Of a stretch of DNA of 64,000 nt, positions 10,701 to 19,579 are shown piece by piece. Position numbers and translations under genes: made by a program. The stretch's first letter is position 1. The number at the start of each line of letters is the position of its first letter. Source of the DNA: an uncultured delta proteobacterium. Lineage in GTDB: Bacteria; Desulfobacterota; Syntrophobacteria; Syntrophobacterales; Syntrophobacteraceae. The stretch covers positions 1 through 64,000 of the forward strand of contig CAWEHK010000037.1 in the NCBI GenBank assembly GCA_963808625.1, read 5' to 3'. The notes beneath the pieces were generated by a model. That model searched no databases. It was not told the DNA's origin and saw nothing but the letters and a program-made list of their open reading frames with translations.

Positions 10701-13700
10701 TACACTCGCCAGCGGTTCCTTTTACACCATCGGTTCGCCCGCGACTGCTACCATAACCATCGTCGACAATGATGTGCCTGCGGTGAGTGTCACGGCATCG
10801 TCGCCAAGCATCCCGAAGATAGGTTCGCAAACCGGTCAATTCGTTTTCACTACCAGCAAGGCAGCTTCCTTTCCGGTGACCGTGAACTACACCGTCGGCG
10901 GGACCGCGAAAGACGGCACGAATTACACTCTGTCGGGTTCCAGCACCATTCCTGCATTGGCTACCTCCACAACCCTGACGCTCACCCCTAAGGATGACGG
11001 TTTTTTTGACGGCAACCAAACGGTCATTGTTAATCTCGCCAGTGAGACTTCATACACCATCGGCTCCCCCAATACGGCCACGATAACCATCGTGGGCAAT
11101 GATGTGCCCGTAGCGGTTGTCACGACAGCGTCTTCAAGCGTCCCGAAGATAGGTTCGGAAACCGGTCAATTTGTTTTTTTCACCAGCAAGGCTGCTTCCA
11201 TTCCGATGACCATCAACTACACCGTCAGCGGGACGGCGAAAAGCGGCACGAATTACACTTTATCAGGCTCCGGCACCGTTCCCGCGTGGGCTATTTCCAC
11301 AACCCTGACGCTCACTCCTAAGGATGACGGTTTCTATGACGGCAACCAAACGGTGACCGTTAACCTTGCCAGTGGGTCCCTCTACACGGTCGGCTCTCTT
11401 AGTATCGCCACCATAACCATCGTGGGTAATGATTTGCCCGCAGTCAGTGTCACGGCGCCGTCTCCAAGCGTCCCCAAGTTAGGTACGCAAACCGGTCAAT
11501 TCATATTCTCCATTACCAGGCCAGCCGCATTTCCAGTGTCCGTGAACTACATCGTAGGCGGGACGGCAAAGAGCGGCGGCAATTACATTTTATTGGGGTC
11601 CAGCACCATTGGCGCATACGCGACATCCACAACCATGACTCTCCTACCCAAGGATGATGGTCTGTATGGCGGCGACCAAACGGTCACCATTAACCTTTCC
11701 AGTGGGTCCCTTTACACTGTCGGCTCTCCTGACGCTGCCACCATAACCATCGTGGGCAATGATTTGCCGGTGGTCAGTGTCATCGCACCGTCTCCAAGCA
11801 TCCCGAAGTTGGGTTCGCAAACCGGCCAATTCGTTTTCTTTTCTTCCAGGCCAGCCTCCTTTCCTTTGACTGTAGCCTATACTTTAGGCGGCACGGCAAA
11901 AAGCGGCGCCAATTATATTCTGGCAGGATCCAACACGATTGCGGCACTCGCCACTTCCGCCTCCCTTACCGTCACACCCAAGGATGACGGCCTTTATGAC
12001 GGCAACCAGACGGTTATTGTTAATCTTTCCGGGAGCACCTTTTACACTGTCGGCTCTGCCAATACTGCTGCCATAACCATCGTGGATAATAATTTGCCCA
12101 CGTTGAGCGTCGCCGGGATACCTGCAAGCATCCCACACCTGGGGCCGCAAACCGGTCAATTCGTTTTCTCAACCACAAAGGCTGCGTCCTTTCCGATAAT
12201 CGTTAACTACACCGTTGGGGGGACCGCAAAAAGCGGCACTCATTATACGTTGTCAGGGTCCAACACTATTGCTGCCCTTGCGACCTCCACAACCATTACG
12301 GTCACACCCCGGGATGACGGTCTTTATGACGGCAACCAGACGGTCATCGTCAGCCTTTCCGGGAGCGCCTCTTACACTATCGGCCCTGCGAATACCGCCA
12401 CCATAACCATCACGGACAACAATTTACCCACGTTAAGCATCGCTGCAATCCCTGCAAGCATCCCAAAGCTAGGGCCCCAGACCGGTCAGTTCGTTTTCTC
12501 CACCAGCAAGGCGGCTTCCTTTCCGATAACCGTTAACTACATCGTCGGGGGGACGGCAAAAAGTGGCACTCATTACGTTCTTTCAGGGTCCGGCGCCATC
12601 CCTGCGTTCGCCACTTCAGCAACCCTGACGCTCACCCCTTTTGACGACGGTTTGTATGATGGTAACCAAACGGTTGTCATTACGCCTTCCAGCAGCCCCC
12701 TATACAATGTCGGCCTACCCGGTAATGCGATGATCACCATCGTGGATAATAATTTGCCTGTGGTCAGTATTACGGCAATGTCTGCCACCGTTCCCAAGCT
12801 GGGGCCGCAGACTCAATTTGTCGTCTCTCAATCCCGCAAAGCCTCTATCACGATGACCATAAATTACACGACTGGCGGGTCGGCGACGGGTGACGTCAAT
12901 TACCAAAAGCTGCCAGGATCCATCACCATTCCTCCTGGCTCCGTGTCTGCAAGCATTCCGCTCGCACCCATTGATGACGGTTTGTATGATGGCAACCAAA
13001 CGGTAGTGGTTACGCTTGCCAGCGGCCCCCTTTACGCTCTCGGTTCTCCAAAGAGTGCGGTAGTCACCATCGTGGATAATAATTTGCCTGCGGTGAGTGT
13101 CACGGCATCGTCTCCAAGCATCCCGAAATCAGGCTCGCAATCCGCCCAATTCGTTTTCACCAGCACCAGAGCGGCATCGTTTCCGATAACTGTTAACTAC
13201 ACCCCGGGCGGGACGGCAAAAAGCGGCGCCAATTATGTGCCGCTGGGACCCGTCACCATCCCTGCGAACGCTACTTCCACCGCCCTGACGCTCACCGCTG
13301 TAGACGACCATTTGTATGACGGCAACCAAACGGTGGTGGTTGGGCTCGCCAGCAGTTCCTTTTACACCATCGGTTCGCCCGCGACTGCTTCGATAACCAT
13401 CGTCGACAATAATGTGCCAGCGGTGAGTGTCACGGCATCGTCTCCAAGCATCCCGAAATCAGGCTCGCAATCCGCCCAATTCGTTTTCAGCAGCACTAGA
13501 GCGGCTTCGTTTCCGATAACTGTTAACTACACCCCGGGCGGGACGGCAAAAAGCGGCGCCAATTATGTGCCGCTGGGACCCGTCACCATCCCTGCGAACG
13601 CCACCTCCACCACCTTGACGCTCACCCCTGTTGACGACCATTTGTATGACGGCAACCAAACGGTGGTGGTTACGCTCGCGAGCGGTTCCTCTTACACCAT

Positions 13701-16700
13701 CGGTTCGCCCGCGACTGCTACCATAACCATCGCCGACAATAATGTGCCAGCGGTAAGTGTCACGGCATCATCCCCAAGCATCCCGAAATCAGGCTCGCAA
13801 TCCGCACAATTCGTTTTCACCAGCACCAGGGCGGCATCGTTTCCGATAACTGTTAACTACGCCCCTGGCGGAACGGCGAAAAGCGGTGCCAATTATGTGC
13901 CGCTGGGACCCGTCACCATCCCTGCGAACGCTACTTCCACCGCCCTGACGCTCACCGCTGTTGACGACCATTTGTATGACGGCAACCAAACGGTGGTGGT
14001 TACGCTCGCCAGCGGTTCCTTTTACACCATCGGTTCGCCCGAAACTGCTACCATAACTATCGCCGACAATAATGTGCCAGCGGTGAGTGTCACGGCATCG
14101 TCTCCAAGCATCCCGAAATTAGGCTCGCAATCCGCACAATTCGTTTTCACCAGCACCAGAGCGGCCTCGTTTCCGATAACTGTTAACTACACCCCTGGCG
14201 GAACGGCAAAAAGCGGCGCCAATTATCTACCGCTCGGACCCGTCACCATCCCTGCGAACGCTACTTCCACCGCCCTGACGCTCACCGCTGTTGATGACCA
14301 TTTGTATGACGGCAACCAAACGGTGGTGGTTACGCTCGCCAGCGGTTCCTCTTACACCATCGGTTCGCCCGCGACTGCTACCATAACTATCGCCGACAAT
14401 AATGTGCCAGCGGTGAGTATCACGGCATCGTCTCCAAGCATCCCGAAATCAGGCTCGCAATCCGCACAATTCGTTTTCACCAGCACCAGAGCGGCCTCGT
14501 TTCCGATAACTGTTAACTACACCCCTGGCGGAACGGCAAAAAGCGGCGCCAATTATCTACCGCTCGGACTCGTCACCATCCCTGCGAACGCCACCTTCAC
14601 CACCATGACGCTCACCGCTGTTGACGATCATTTGTATGACGGCAACCAAACGGTGGTGGTTACGCTCGCCAGCGGCTCCTTTTACACCATCGGTTCGCCC
14701 ACGACTGCTACGATAACCATCGCCGACAACAATTTGCCCGCGGTGAGTGTCATGGCATCGTCCCAGAGCATCCCGGAAAATAGCCTGCAACCCGGCCAAT
14801 TCGTTTTTACCAGCACCAGAGCGGCTTCGTTTCCGATAAGCGTTGACTACACCCCTGGCGGGACGGCAAAAAGCGGTACCCATTTCCAACCCATGACAGC
14901 ACCCGTCATCATTCCTGCCGGTTCCACTTCTGCAACGATCGCGCTCCAGCCTATAGATGACGGATTATATGACGGCAACCAGACGGTTGTGGTTACCCTT
15001 TCCAGTTCCAGCGGCGCTCCTTACAAAGTCGGCAGTCCCAACACCGCCACCATTATCATTCTAGAGAGAGATCTCCCGACAGTTACCATCAAGGCTACGC
15101 AACCCAATGCCGTAGAGCCCTCGGTTACTGGTCTGTTTACTGTTTACCGGACGGGAACCACCACGTTGCCGCTCACCGTCACCTATAGCGTTGATGGTAA
15201 TGCAACGAGTGGCGTCCAATATGTGAAGCTTTTGGGCGCAGTAACTATTCCTGTGGGAGCCAGTTCGGTAGACATCGTGGTGCAGCCCCTTGATGACTCC
15301 ATCATGGAAGGGTCGACTACGGTCATCGTTACTATCTTATCCCCTGGTTCCTATAATGTCGGCGTCCCCAACAGCGGTACCGTTACGATTGCTGATAACG
15401 ACGCCCCTACTGTGACTATTGCGGCGAGTGACAATCGTGGAATCGAAGAAGGCATGGACCCGGGATCATTCCTGGTGTCCCGCAAGGGAAACACCAAAGG
15501 GGCGCTGACCGTTTACTATACGATCAGCACCAGCGGGTGGGCCGCAACCAATGGCGTTGATTACAATTATCTTCCTGGATATGTGGTGATCCCGGATGGT
15601 AATGCATCTGCAAGCATTCAGGTGGTGCCTATTGATGATTCACTTCCCGAAGATCGAGAAACCGTTATCTTGGCCCTTGCCGCTAATGGCTGGTACAAAA
15701 TCGGCTCTCCATCCAGCGCCACGGTCTATCTTGCTAACAACGATCTCAGCACCGCGACCATCGTTGCCTCTGATGACAATGCATCGGAGGCTGGTCCCAA
15801 GAGTGGGAAATTTACGGTTACCCGTAATTCGAAGCAAAATACTCCCCTGATTGTCTATTACACCGTTAGCGGCTCAGCTCAAAATGGGACGGACTACGAG
15901 AGGCTTAATGGTACGGTGAGTATTGCTGCGGGCACCGCTTCGACAGACTTCTTCGTAGCTCCCAAGGATGATACGGTATACGGAGGAGATCGAACCGTTA
16001 TTGTGACCCTTTCAGGAAGTGTTTATTACCTCCTCGGTAAGCCCAACAAGGGAACGGTCATTATTCATGACAACGACCTTCCAACAGTAAGTATCACGGC
16101 GCCTGTGAAGATTATCGAAGAAAATGGAACAACGGTTGGTCTTTTCACGGTAAGTCGAAAAAGCGGTGAGTCCAACGCCTGGCCTCTATCGGTGAACTAT
16201 GATAGCTCCGGCGGTACCGCAATCAATGGTATCGACTATAATGGAGTGCTCTCTGGAACAGTTACCATACCAGCCGGTGATGATAATACAAGCATTCAGA
16301 TCACTCCCATTGATGATAAGATAATGAAGGGGACCAGGACCGTTACCGCTACCCTGACGTCCAGCACTGCTTACAAGATCGCTTCTCCTGTCACGGCCAC
16401 AATTAGTATTATGGATGATGAATGGCCAAAAGTAGCTGTTGGAGCAACCAGTGACCTGGTTTCCGAGGCTGGAACGAATCCAGGTAAATTCACTATTTAC
16501 CGGACCGGGGACATGAGTTCTCCTTTAACCGTCAACTACACGATGGGTGGAAGCGCCTTTTCTGGTACTGATTATGTGGCCCTTCCCGGCAAGGTGACCA
16601 TCCCTGCCAATACATCTGCCATGGACATTGAGTTAACGCCAATAGATGATAAGACGGTGGCGCCTGACAAGACGGTGGTCCTCACCATTTCTGACAGCTC

Positions 16701-18897
16701 TTCCTATTACACCGATTCGACGACAAATCACGCAACCCTGATAATTGTCGATGCTGAACAACCCAAAGTATCCATATACATGGTGCAGAACGCCAGCGAA
16801 TCAGGAATGGTGGGACGGTTCAGGGTTCAACGATTCGGCAACTGTCATCATGACCTGACCGTAAACTACACTTCCAGCAGCACCGGTCAAAAAGATGTTA
16901 ACTATGTCGCCCTTCCAGATTATGTGACCATTCCTGCAGGTCAAGCCTTTGCCTTCATCGATGTGACGGCAATAGACGATAATCAGTCTCTGGGAGACGT
17001 GACTCTTAATGTTGCGCTCTCGCCGGATCCCCTGCCCAATCTCTCATACGCCTTGGGCACGCCAACGAGCGCCTGGCTGCTTATTATCGACACTGACCCC
17101 CCGGTTGTTGTCATCAAGGCAAGCGAGAGCAGCATCATCGAGACCGGCGTCACCACCGGCAAATTCACTGCCACCCGCACGGGCTCAACCGTCTCAGCCT
17201 TGGTTGTTCAGTATGATCTGGGGGGAACGGCAAAGAGCGGCGTGGATTTCAAATCCCCTCCGTTCCCCCTCTTGATTCCTGCCGGTAAGGCATCGGCAGC
17301 TATTAATGTAACCCCCATTGATGACAAGGAATACAAAGGGGACAGGACGGTTGTCGCTACGTTGTTGAGCAGTTCCAGCTCCGCTTACTATTTGGGCGCT
17401 CCTGACAATGCGACTATTACTATCCGTGACAATGAGTTGCCGACTGTCAGTATCACCGTGGCCGATGCCGTCGCCAACAGACCAGGCAATACGGGAAGGT
17501 TCAAGATTAACCGGACGGGTATTACAAGCGCCCCGCTAAAGGTTAAGTACAGCACCGACGGCACGGCGACGAATGGTACGGATTACAAAAAGCTTGCCGG
17601 CGCCGTCACCATTCCAAAGGGTTCTTCATCGGTCAGCATCCTGATAACGCCTGCCGGCCCTAAAGCGAAAGTCAATAAGACTGTTATCCTCAAGCCTAAG
17701 TCGAGTACTGTCTACTCTTTGGTTGCACCGAAGAGCGGGACCGTCACCATCCTGGCTGACAACCTTCCGAAAGTAAGCGTCGTTGCCTCTGACCCGACTG
17801 CTACGGAACCGGGCCTGAAGGAAGGCAAGTTTACGGTGAGTCGAACCAGAGATACGACCTCTGCGTTGACGGTCCAATACACCCTCGGCGGTACGGCCAA
17901 AAATGGTACAGATCATGTCACCCTGCCGGGAACGGTAATGATCCCTGCCGGAGCATTGTCAGCAGACATCGCCGTGACCCCTGTGGTCGATGCAATCGTC
18001 GACGACAATCAGACGGTTGTGCTCAGACTTGCAGAAACCACAGCCTACATCTCAGCAGCGCCAAGCAGCGCCACCGTCACCATCAAAGACAACAGCCCGC
18101 CGAAGGTGACCATCAAGGCAAAGGATACCAGCATCTCGGAAGACGTCGCCACACCCGGGCAATTCACCGTTACCCGCACCCGCACGGGCGCACCGACTTC
18201 AGACCTGCTTGTCAATTATGAGGTCGGCGGGACGGCAAAAGCAAATGTGGACTATAAAGCTCTTTCCAAGTCGCTGGTGATCCCCGCTGAATCATCTTCG
18301 GCAAATATCGACGTAACACCGATCGATGATAACGTTTCCAGGGGGGATAGGACGGTTATTGTTAGCCTTTCGAGTAGCACCGACTACGATTTGAGCTCCC
18401 CGGACAATGCTACGATGACTATTCTGGAGAATGATTTGCCAACGGTCAGTATCTCGGTAACCGATAATACCGCAGCTTTACCCAGCAACAACGGAACCTT
18501 TAAGATCAAGCGGGCAGGAATTACCACCAACTCGCTGGCGGTCAAGTATACCATTGATGGGACAGCCAAGAACGGCGTCAACTACAAGAAGCTTACCGGC
18601 ACCGTCACGATCCCAGCGGGTTCGTTGTCGGTAAACATCCAGATCACACCCCTTGACGATGGCCAGCCGCCTGCGGATAAATCCGTTATCTTAACCCTTG
18701 CACCCAGTAGCGCTTACACCATTGGCTTGCCAGCGAGTGGGACCGTCACCATTCTGGGAGACGATGTTCCGAGCGTTCCGATTGTCACTTTAGACCCTAA
18801 GGTCTGGGAAGAGAGTCCGAGGGAGGGGAAAGTTGCTGCCAAGAGAACCGGGGCCATGGGGTTACTTCCCTCGAAGACTAATTTCAAAGCGTCATGA
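4711..18897 (+). CDS. Giant surface protein/adhesin (~4730 aa): N-terminal hydrophobic anchor, SBBP beta-propeller repeats, PKD domain, ~35 Calx-beta domains
   Basis: Uninterrupted ORF with AAGGA RBS before ATG 4711. YSTYLGG..D.G.GIAVD..G.AYVTG.T.S.DFP (SBBP). FTDLS...WSWNFGDG...NPSHTY (PKD). Repeated TVNYT.GGTA..G.DY...V.IPAG...PIDD...G.QTV (Calx-beta). Confidence 0.9.
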   Translation: MRATNQFLERLRFSPGRSPGSPLAILLICLFCALFFVGLSLTMSRPAEKLLRADRYGQLPLYFMKNEGQLNPEVKYYERGLGHSIFFSEEEIVFSFEKTGDRFANLSEGESVARSTERSNSRRGEKGAEFSQVRLFPIGIHKDVRIDGQEQQDGRVNYFLGKGPAKWKTNIPTYGSIVYQEAYPGIDFRFYGSNQRLEYDVIIKPGAKPSQVKFGYQGVQNFRTTEEGDLHLELPDGGILVHKKPMAYQEINGKHVNVAGRFDIEQRSPYSSKESPDFVFGFEVASYNGNYPLIIDPVLVYSTYVGGSGSDAGYAIAVDALGGAYVTGRTSSSDFPTKPHLQSSFMGGSADVFVLKLNAAGDKLDYSTYLGGNDTQSGYAIAVDETGCAYITGVTTSPDFPTVNPYPSTPGSPDSPRAFVVKLNPKGSVVYSTYLGASQSDTGLGIAVDRDGKAYVTGETSSSDFPIVGSAFTYGGGSFDAFVAKLGISGDVLEYSTFLGGNDTDSGYGVAVDDNGSIYIAGETSSSDFPMAGGAQIEYGGGAADAFVVKIDGTSGLIGYSTYLGGSGADFGRGIAVDLNHSVYVTGKTSSASGFPLANPWQSGFGGGAFDVFVTKLDPTGYSLSYSTFLGGDGNDTGQAIAVDGSGRAYVTGQTSGNFPTIKAIQNVHGGGSADAFVARLNAMGDSLDFSTYLGGTADDIGYGIATDSKGDIYVAGKTSSVDFPWIANAFMKVNGGGSDAFVAKLNALLASFSASPTSGGYPLTVKFTDLSEGTISSWSWNFGDGNSTTAQNPSHTYVAPGSYAVSLKVGGEAGNDTETRDGYITVTKPDVTIVATKARVSKAGSEKGEFTISRSSSTSVDLTVNYTLGGSAKNGIDYQALPGSVIIPAGASSAAISLTPIDDGIYDGNQTATVDLSGGALYTVGSPNAATVTIVDNILPAVSVTASSPSVPRSGSQSAQFVFTTSKAASFPVTVNYTVGGTATSGTHFKPLTGPVIIPAGSTSATVALTPVDGLYDGNHTVVVTLASGSFYTIGSPATATITIVDNFPVSVTASTPSVPRSGSQSAQFVFTTSKAASFPVTVNYTVGGTATSGAHFKPLTGPVIIPAGSTSATVALTPVDGLYDGNHTVVVTLASGSFYTIGSPATATITIVDNLPVSVTASTPSVPRSGSQSAQFVFTTSKAASFPVTVNYTVGGTATSGAHFKPMTGPVIIPAGSTSATVALTPVDGLYDGNHTVVVTLASGSFYTIGSPATATITIVDNLPVSVTASTPSVPRAGSQSAQFVFTTSKAASFPVTVNYTVGGTATSGTHFKPMTGPVIIPAGSTSATVALTPVDGLYDGNHTVVVTLASGSFYTIGSPATATITIVDNLPVSVTASTPSVPRAGSQSAQFVFTTSKAASFPVTVNYTVGGTATSGTHFKPMTGPVIIPAGSTSATVALTPVDGLYDGNHTVVVTLASGSFYTIGSPATATITIVDSLPVSVTASTPSVPRSGPQSAQFVFTTSKAASFPVTVNYTVGGTATSGAHFKPMTGPVIIPAGSTSATVALTPVDGSYDGNHTVVVTLASGSFYTIGSPMTATITIVDSLPVSVTASTPSVPRSGPQSAQFVFTTSKAASFPVTVNYTVGGTATSGAHFKPMTGPVIIPAGSTSATVALTPVDGSYDGNHTVVVTLASGSFYTIGSPATATITIVDNLPVSVTASTPSVPRSGSQSAQFVFTTSKAASFPVTVNYTVGGTATSGAHFKPMTGPVIIPAGANSATVALTPVDGLYDGNHTAVVTLASGSFYTIGSPATATITIVDNLPVSVTASTPSVPRSGSQSAQFVFTTSKAASFPVTVNYTVGGTATSGAHFKPMTGPVIIPAGSTSATVALTPVDGSYDGNHTVVVTLASGSFYTIGSPATATITIVDSLPVSVTASTPSVPKSGSQSAQFVFTSTRAASFPITVNYTAGGTAKSGANFLPLGSVTIPANATSTTMTLTPVDDHLYDGNQTVVVTLASGSFYTIGSPATATITIVDNDVPAVSVTASSPSIPKIGSQTGQFVFTTSKAASFPVTVNYTVGGTAKDGTNYTLSGSSTIPALATSTTLTLTPKDDGFFDGNQTVIVNLASETSYTIGSPNTATITIVGNDVPVAVVTTASSSVPKIGSETGQFVFFTSKAASIPMTINYTVSGTAKSGTNYTLSGSGTVPAWAISTTLTLTPKDDGFYDGNQTVTVNLASGSLYTVGSLSIATITIVGNDLPAVSVTAPSPSVPKLGTQTGQFIFSITRPAAFPVSVNYIVGGTAKSGGNYILLGSSTIGAYATSTTMTLLPKDDGLYGGDQTVTINLSSGSLYTVGSPDAATITIVGNDLPVVSVIAPSPSIPKLGSQTGQFVFFSSRPASFPLTVAYTLGGTAKSGANYILAGSNTIAALATSASLTVTPKDDGLYDGNQTVIVNLSGSTFYTVGSANTAAITIVDNNLPTLSVAGIPASIPHLGPQTGQFVFSTTKAASFPIIVNYTVGGTAKSGTHYTLSGSNTIAALATSTTITVTPRDDGLYDGNQTVIVSLSGSASYTIGPANTATITITDNNLPTLSIAAIPASIPKLGPQTGQFVFSTSKAASFPITVNYIVGGTAKSGTHYVLSGSGAIPAFATSATLTLTPFDDGLYDGNQTVVITPSSSPLYNVGLPGNAMITIVDNNLPVVSITAMSATVPKLGPQTQFVVSQSRKASITMTINYTTGGSATGDVNYQKLPGSITIPPGSVSASIPLAPIDDGLYDGNQTVVVTLASGPLYALGSPKSAVVTIVDNNLPAVSVTASSPSIPKSGSQSAQFVFTSTRAASFPITVNYTPGGTAKSGANYVPLGPVTIPANATSTALTLTAVDDHLYDGNQTVVVGLASSSFYTIGSPATASITIVDNNVPAVSVTASSPSIPKSGSQSAQFVFSSTRAASFPITVNYTPGGTAKSGANYVPLGPVTIPANATSTTLTLTPVDDHLYDGNQTVVVTLASGSSYTIGSPATATITIADNNVPAVSVTASSPSIPKSGSQSAQFVFTSTRAASFPITVNYAPGGTAKSGANYVPLGPVTIPANATSTALTLTAVDDHLYDGNQTVVVTLASGSFYTIGSPETATITIADNNVPAVSVTASSPSIPKLGSQSAQFVFTSTRAASFPITVNYTPGGTAKSGANYLPLGPVTIPANATSTALTLTAVDDHLYDGNQTVVVTLASGSSYTIGSPATATITIADNNVPAVSITASSPSIPKSGSQSAQFVFTSTRAASFPITVNYTPGGTAKSGANYLPLGLVTIPANATFTTMTLTAVDDHLYDGNQTVVVTLASGSFYTIGSPTTATITIADNNLPAVSVMASSQSIPENSLQPGQFVFTSTRAASFPISVDYTPGGTAKSGTHFQPMTAPVIIPAGSTSATIALQPIDDGLYDGNQTVVVTLSSSSGAPYKVGSPNTATIIILERDLPTVTIKATQPNAVEPSVTGLFTVYRTGTTTLPLTVTYSVDGNATSGVQYVKLLGAVTIPVGASSVDIVVQPLDDSIMEGSTTVIVTILSPGSYNVGVPNSGTVTIADNDAPTVTIAASDNRGIEEGMDPGSFLVSRKGNTKGALTVYYTISTSGWAATNGVDYNYLPGYVVIPDGNASASIQVVPIDDSLPEDRETVILALAANGWYKIGSPSSATVYLANNDLSTATIVASDDNASEAGPKSGKFTVTRNSKQNTPLIVYYTVSGSAQNGTDYERLNGTVSIAAGTASTDFFVAPKDDTVYGGDRTVIVTLSGSVYYLLGKPNKGTVIIHDNDLPTVSITAPVKIIEENGTTVGLFTVSRKSGESNAWPLSVNYDSSGGTAINGIDYNGVLSGTVTIPAGDDNTSIQITPIDDKIMKGTRTVTATLTSSTAYKIASPVTATISIMDDEWPKVAVGATSDLVSEAGTNPGKFTIYRTGDMSSPLTVNYTMGGSAFSGTDYVALPGKVTIPANTSAMDIELTPIDDKTVAPDKTVVLTISDSSSYYTDSTTNHATLIIVDAEQPKVSIYMVQNASESGMVGRFRVQRFGNCHHDLTVNYTSSSTGQKDVNYVALPDYVTIPAGQAFAFIDVTAIDDNQSLGDVTLNVALSPDPLPNLSYALGTPTSAWLLIIDTDPPVVVIKASESSIIETGVTTGKFTATRTGSTVSALVVQYDLGGTAKSGVDFKSPPFPLLIPAGKASAAINVTPIDDKEYKGDRTVVATLLSSSSSAYYLGAPDNATITIRDNELPTVSITVADAVANRPGNTGRFKINRTGITSAPLKVKYSTDGTATNGTDYKKLAGAVTIPKGSSSVSILITPAGPKAKVNKTVILKPKSSTVYSLVAPKSGTVTILADNLPKVSVVASDPTATEPGLKEGKFTVSRTRDTTSALTVQYTLGGTAKNGTDHVTLPGTVMIPAGALSADIAVTPVVDAIVDDNQTVVLRLAETTAYISAAPSSATVTIKDNSPPKVTIKAKDTSISEDVATPGQFTVTRTRTGAPTSDLLVNYEVGGTAKANVDYKALSKSLVIPAESSSANIDVTPIDDNVSRGDRTVIVSLSSSTDYDLSSPDNATMTILENDLPTVSISVTDNTAALPSNNGTFKIKRAGITTNSLAVKYTIDGTAKNGVNYKKLTGTVTIPAGSLSVNIQITPLDDGQPPADKSVILTLAPSSAYTIGLPASGTVTILGDDVPSVPIVTLDPKVWEESPREGKVAAKRTGAMGLLPSKTNFKAS
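7537..10452 (+). repeat. Nine near-identical 324-bp tandem repeats (108-aa Calx-beta units)
   Basis: gtgagtgtcacggcatcg recurs at 7537, 7861, 8185, 8509, 8833, 9157, 9481, 9805, 10129 and 10453. Confidence 0.95.
13093..14742 (+). repeat. Five near-identical 330-bp tandem repeats (110-aa Calx-beta units)
   Basis: Unit starts at 13093, 13423, 13753, 14083 and 14413. A further copy of this type starts at 10453. Confidence 0.95.
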
Positions 18898-18950
18898 TGA
18901 AGTGGATAAGATGAAATGGACGCATCCAAACAAAGAAGAAGGCAGCAGCT

Positions 18951-19478
18951 ATGATCGATGATCTTCCGGAAGGACTTTCTGCCAGCTTAGAAGATTATCT
19001 TGAGGTCATCTACCACCTGGAGGGGTCCAACCGAGTCGCTCGCGCCAAGGACATCGCTGACCAAATGAGTGTGCAGCGAGCTTCGGTAACAGGAGCGCTT
19101 AAAGCCCTGGCAGGTCGGGGGCTGATCAACTACAGCCCTTACAGCTACATCACCTTGACCTCCGCTGGGCGTGCCGTCGCCCGTGATGTCATTCGCCGTC
19201 ACGAAACGCTCAAAGAATTCTTCATCGCGGCGTTGCAGCTCGACCCGGGCGAAGCCGAGGCCAACGCCTGCCGCATTGAACACGCGATTGACCCCATGGC
19301 TGTCGATCGCTTGGTTCGCTTTCTCGAATTTATCAAGATGTGCCCTCGCACCGGTCTGGATTGGCTGAGCGCCTTTGCTCGATATTGTCAAAAGGGTTCT
19401 CAGACCTCTAATTGTGAAGATTGCCTAAAAGAATGTCTTGAAAGAATCAACGTTTCTGTAAAGGTCGAAGAATCCTAA
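18951..19478 (+). CDS. mntR: DtxR/MntR-family metal-dependent transcriptional regulator
   Basis: SLEDYLEVIY...ARAKDIA...SVT..LK.L...RRHE.L..FF...ACRIEH, with a Cys-rich C-terminal tail. Confidence 0.85.
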   Translation: MIDDLPEGLSASLEDYLEVIYHLEGSNRVARAKDIADQMSVQRASVTGALKALAGRGLINYSPYSYITLTSAGRAVARDVIRRHETLKEFFIAALQLDPGEAEANACRIEHAIDPMAVDRLVRFLEFIKMCPRTGLDWLSAFARYCQKGSQTSNCEDCLKECLERINVSVKVEES

Positions 19479-19579
19479 TCCCCTGCCCTTCTTACGCGAT
19501 TATCGGAAGATCGTGAATCGTGCCGACTTCTTGCTCCCGTCTCCTGACTTTTTTCTTCTGATTGCTCACTTCTGTCTTG

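Noticed and set aside
7537..14742. Tandem repeats as a CRISPR array or DGR template/variable pair
   Set aside because: The units are 324-330 bp, in-frame coding and without spacers. Differences are not adenine-specific, and there is no cas or RT gene.
7573..14889. Series of repeated 66-aa minus-strand ORFs (MVAVIQ...)
   Set aside because: These are antisense shadows of the Calx-beta tandem repeats, with no RBS or independent signature.
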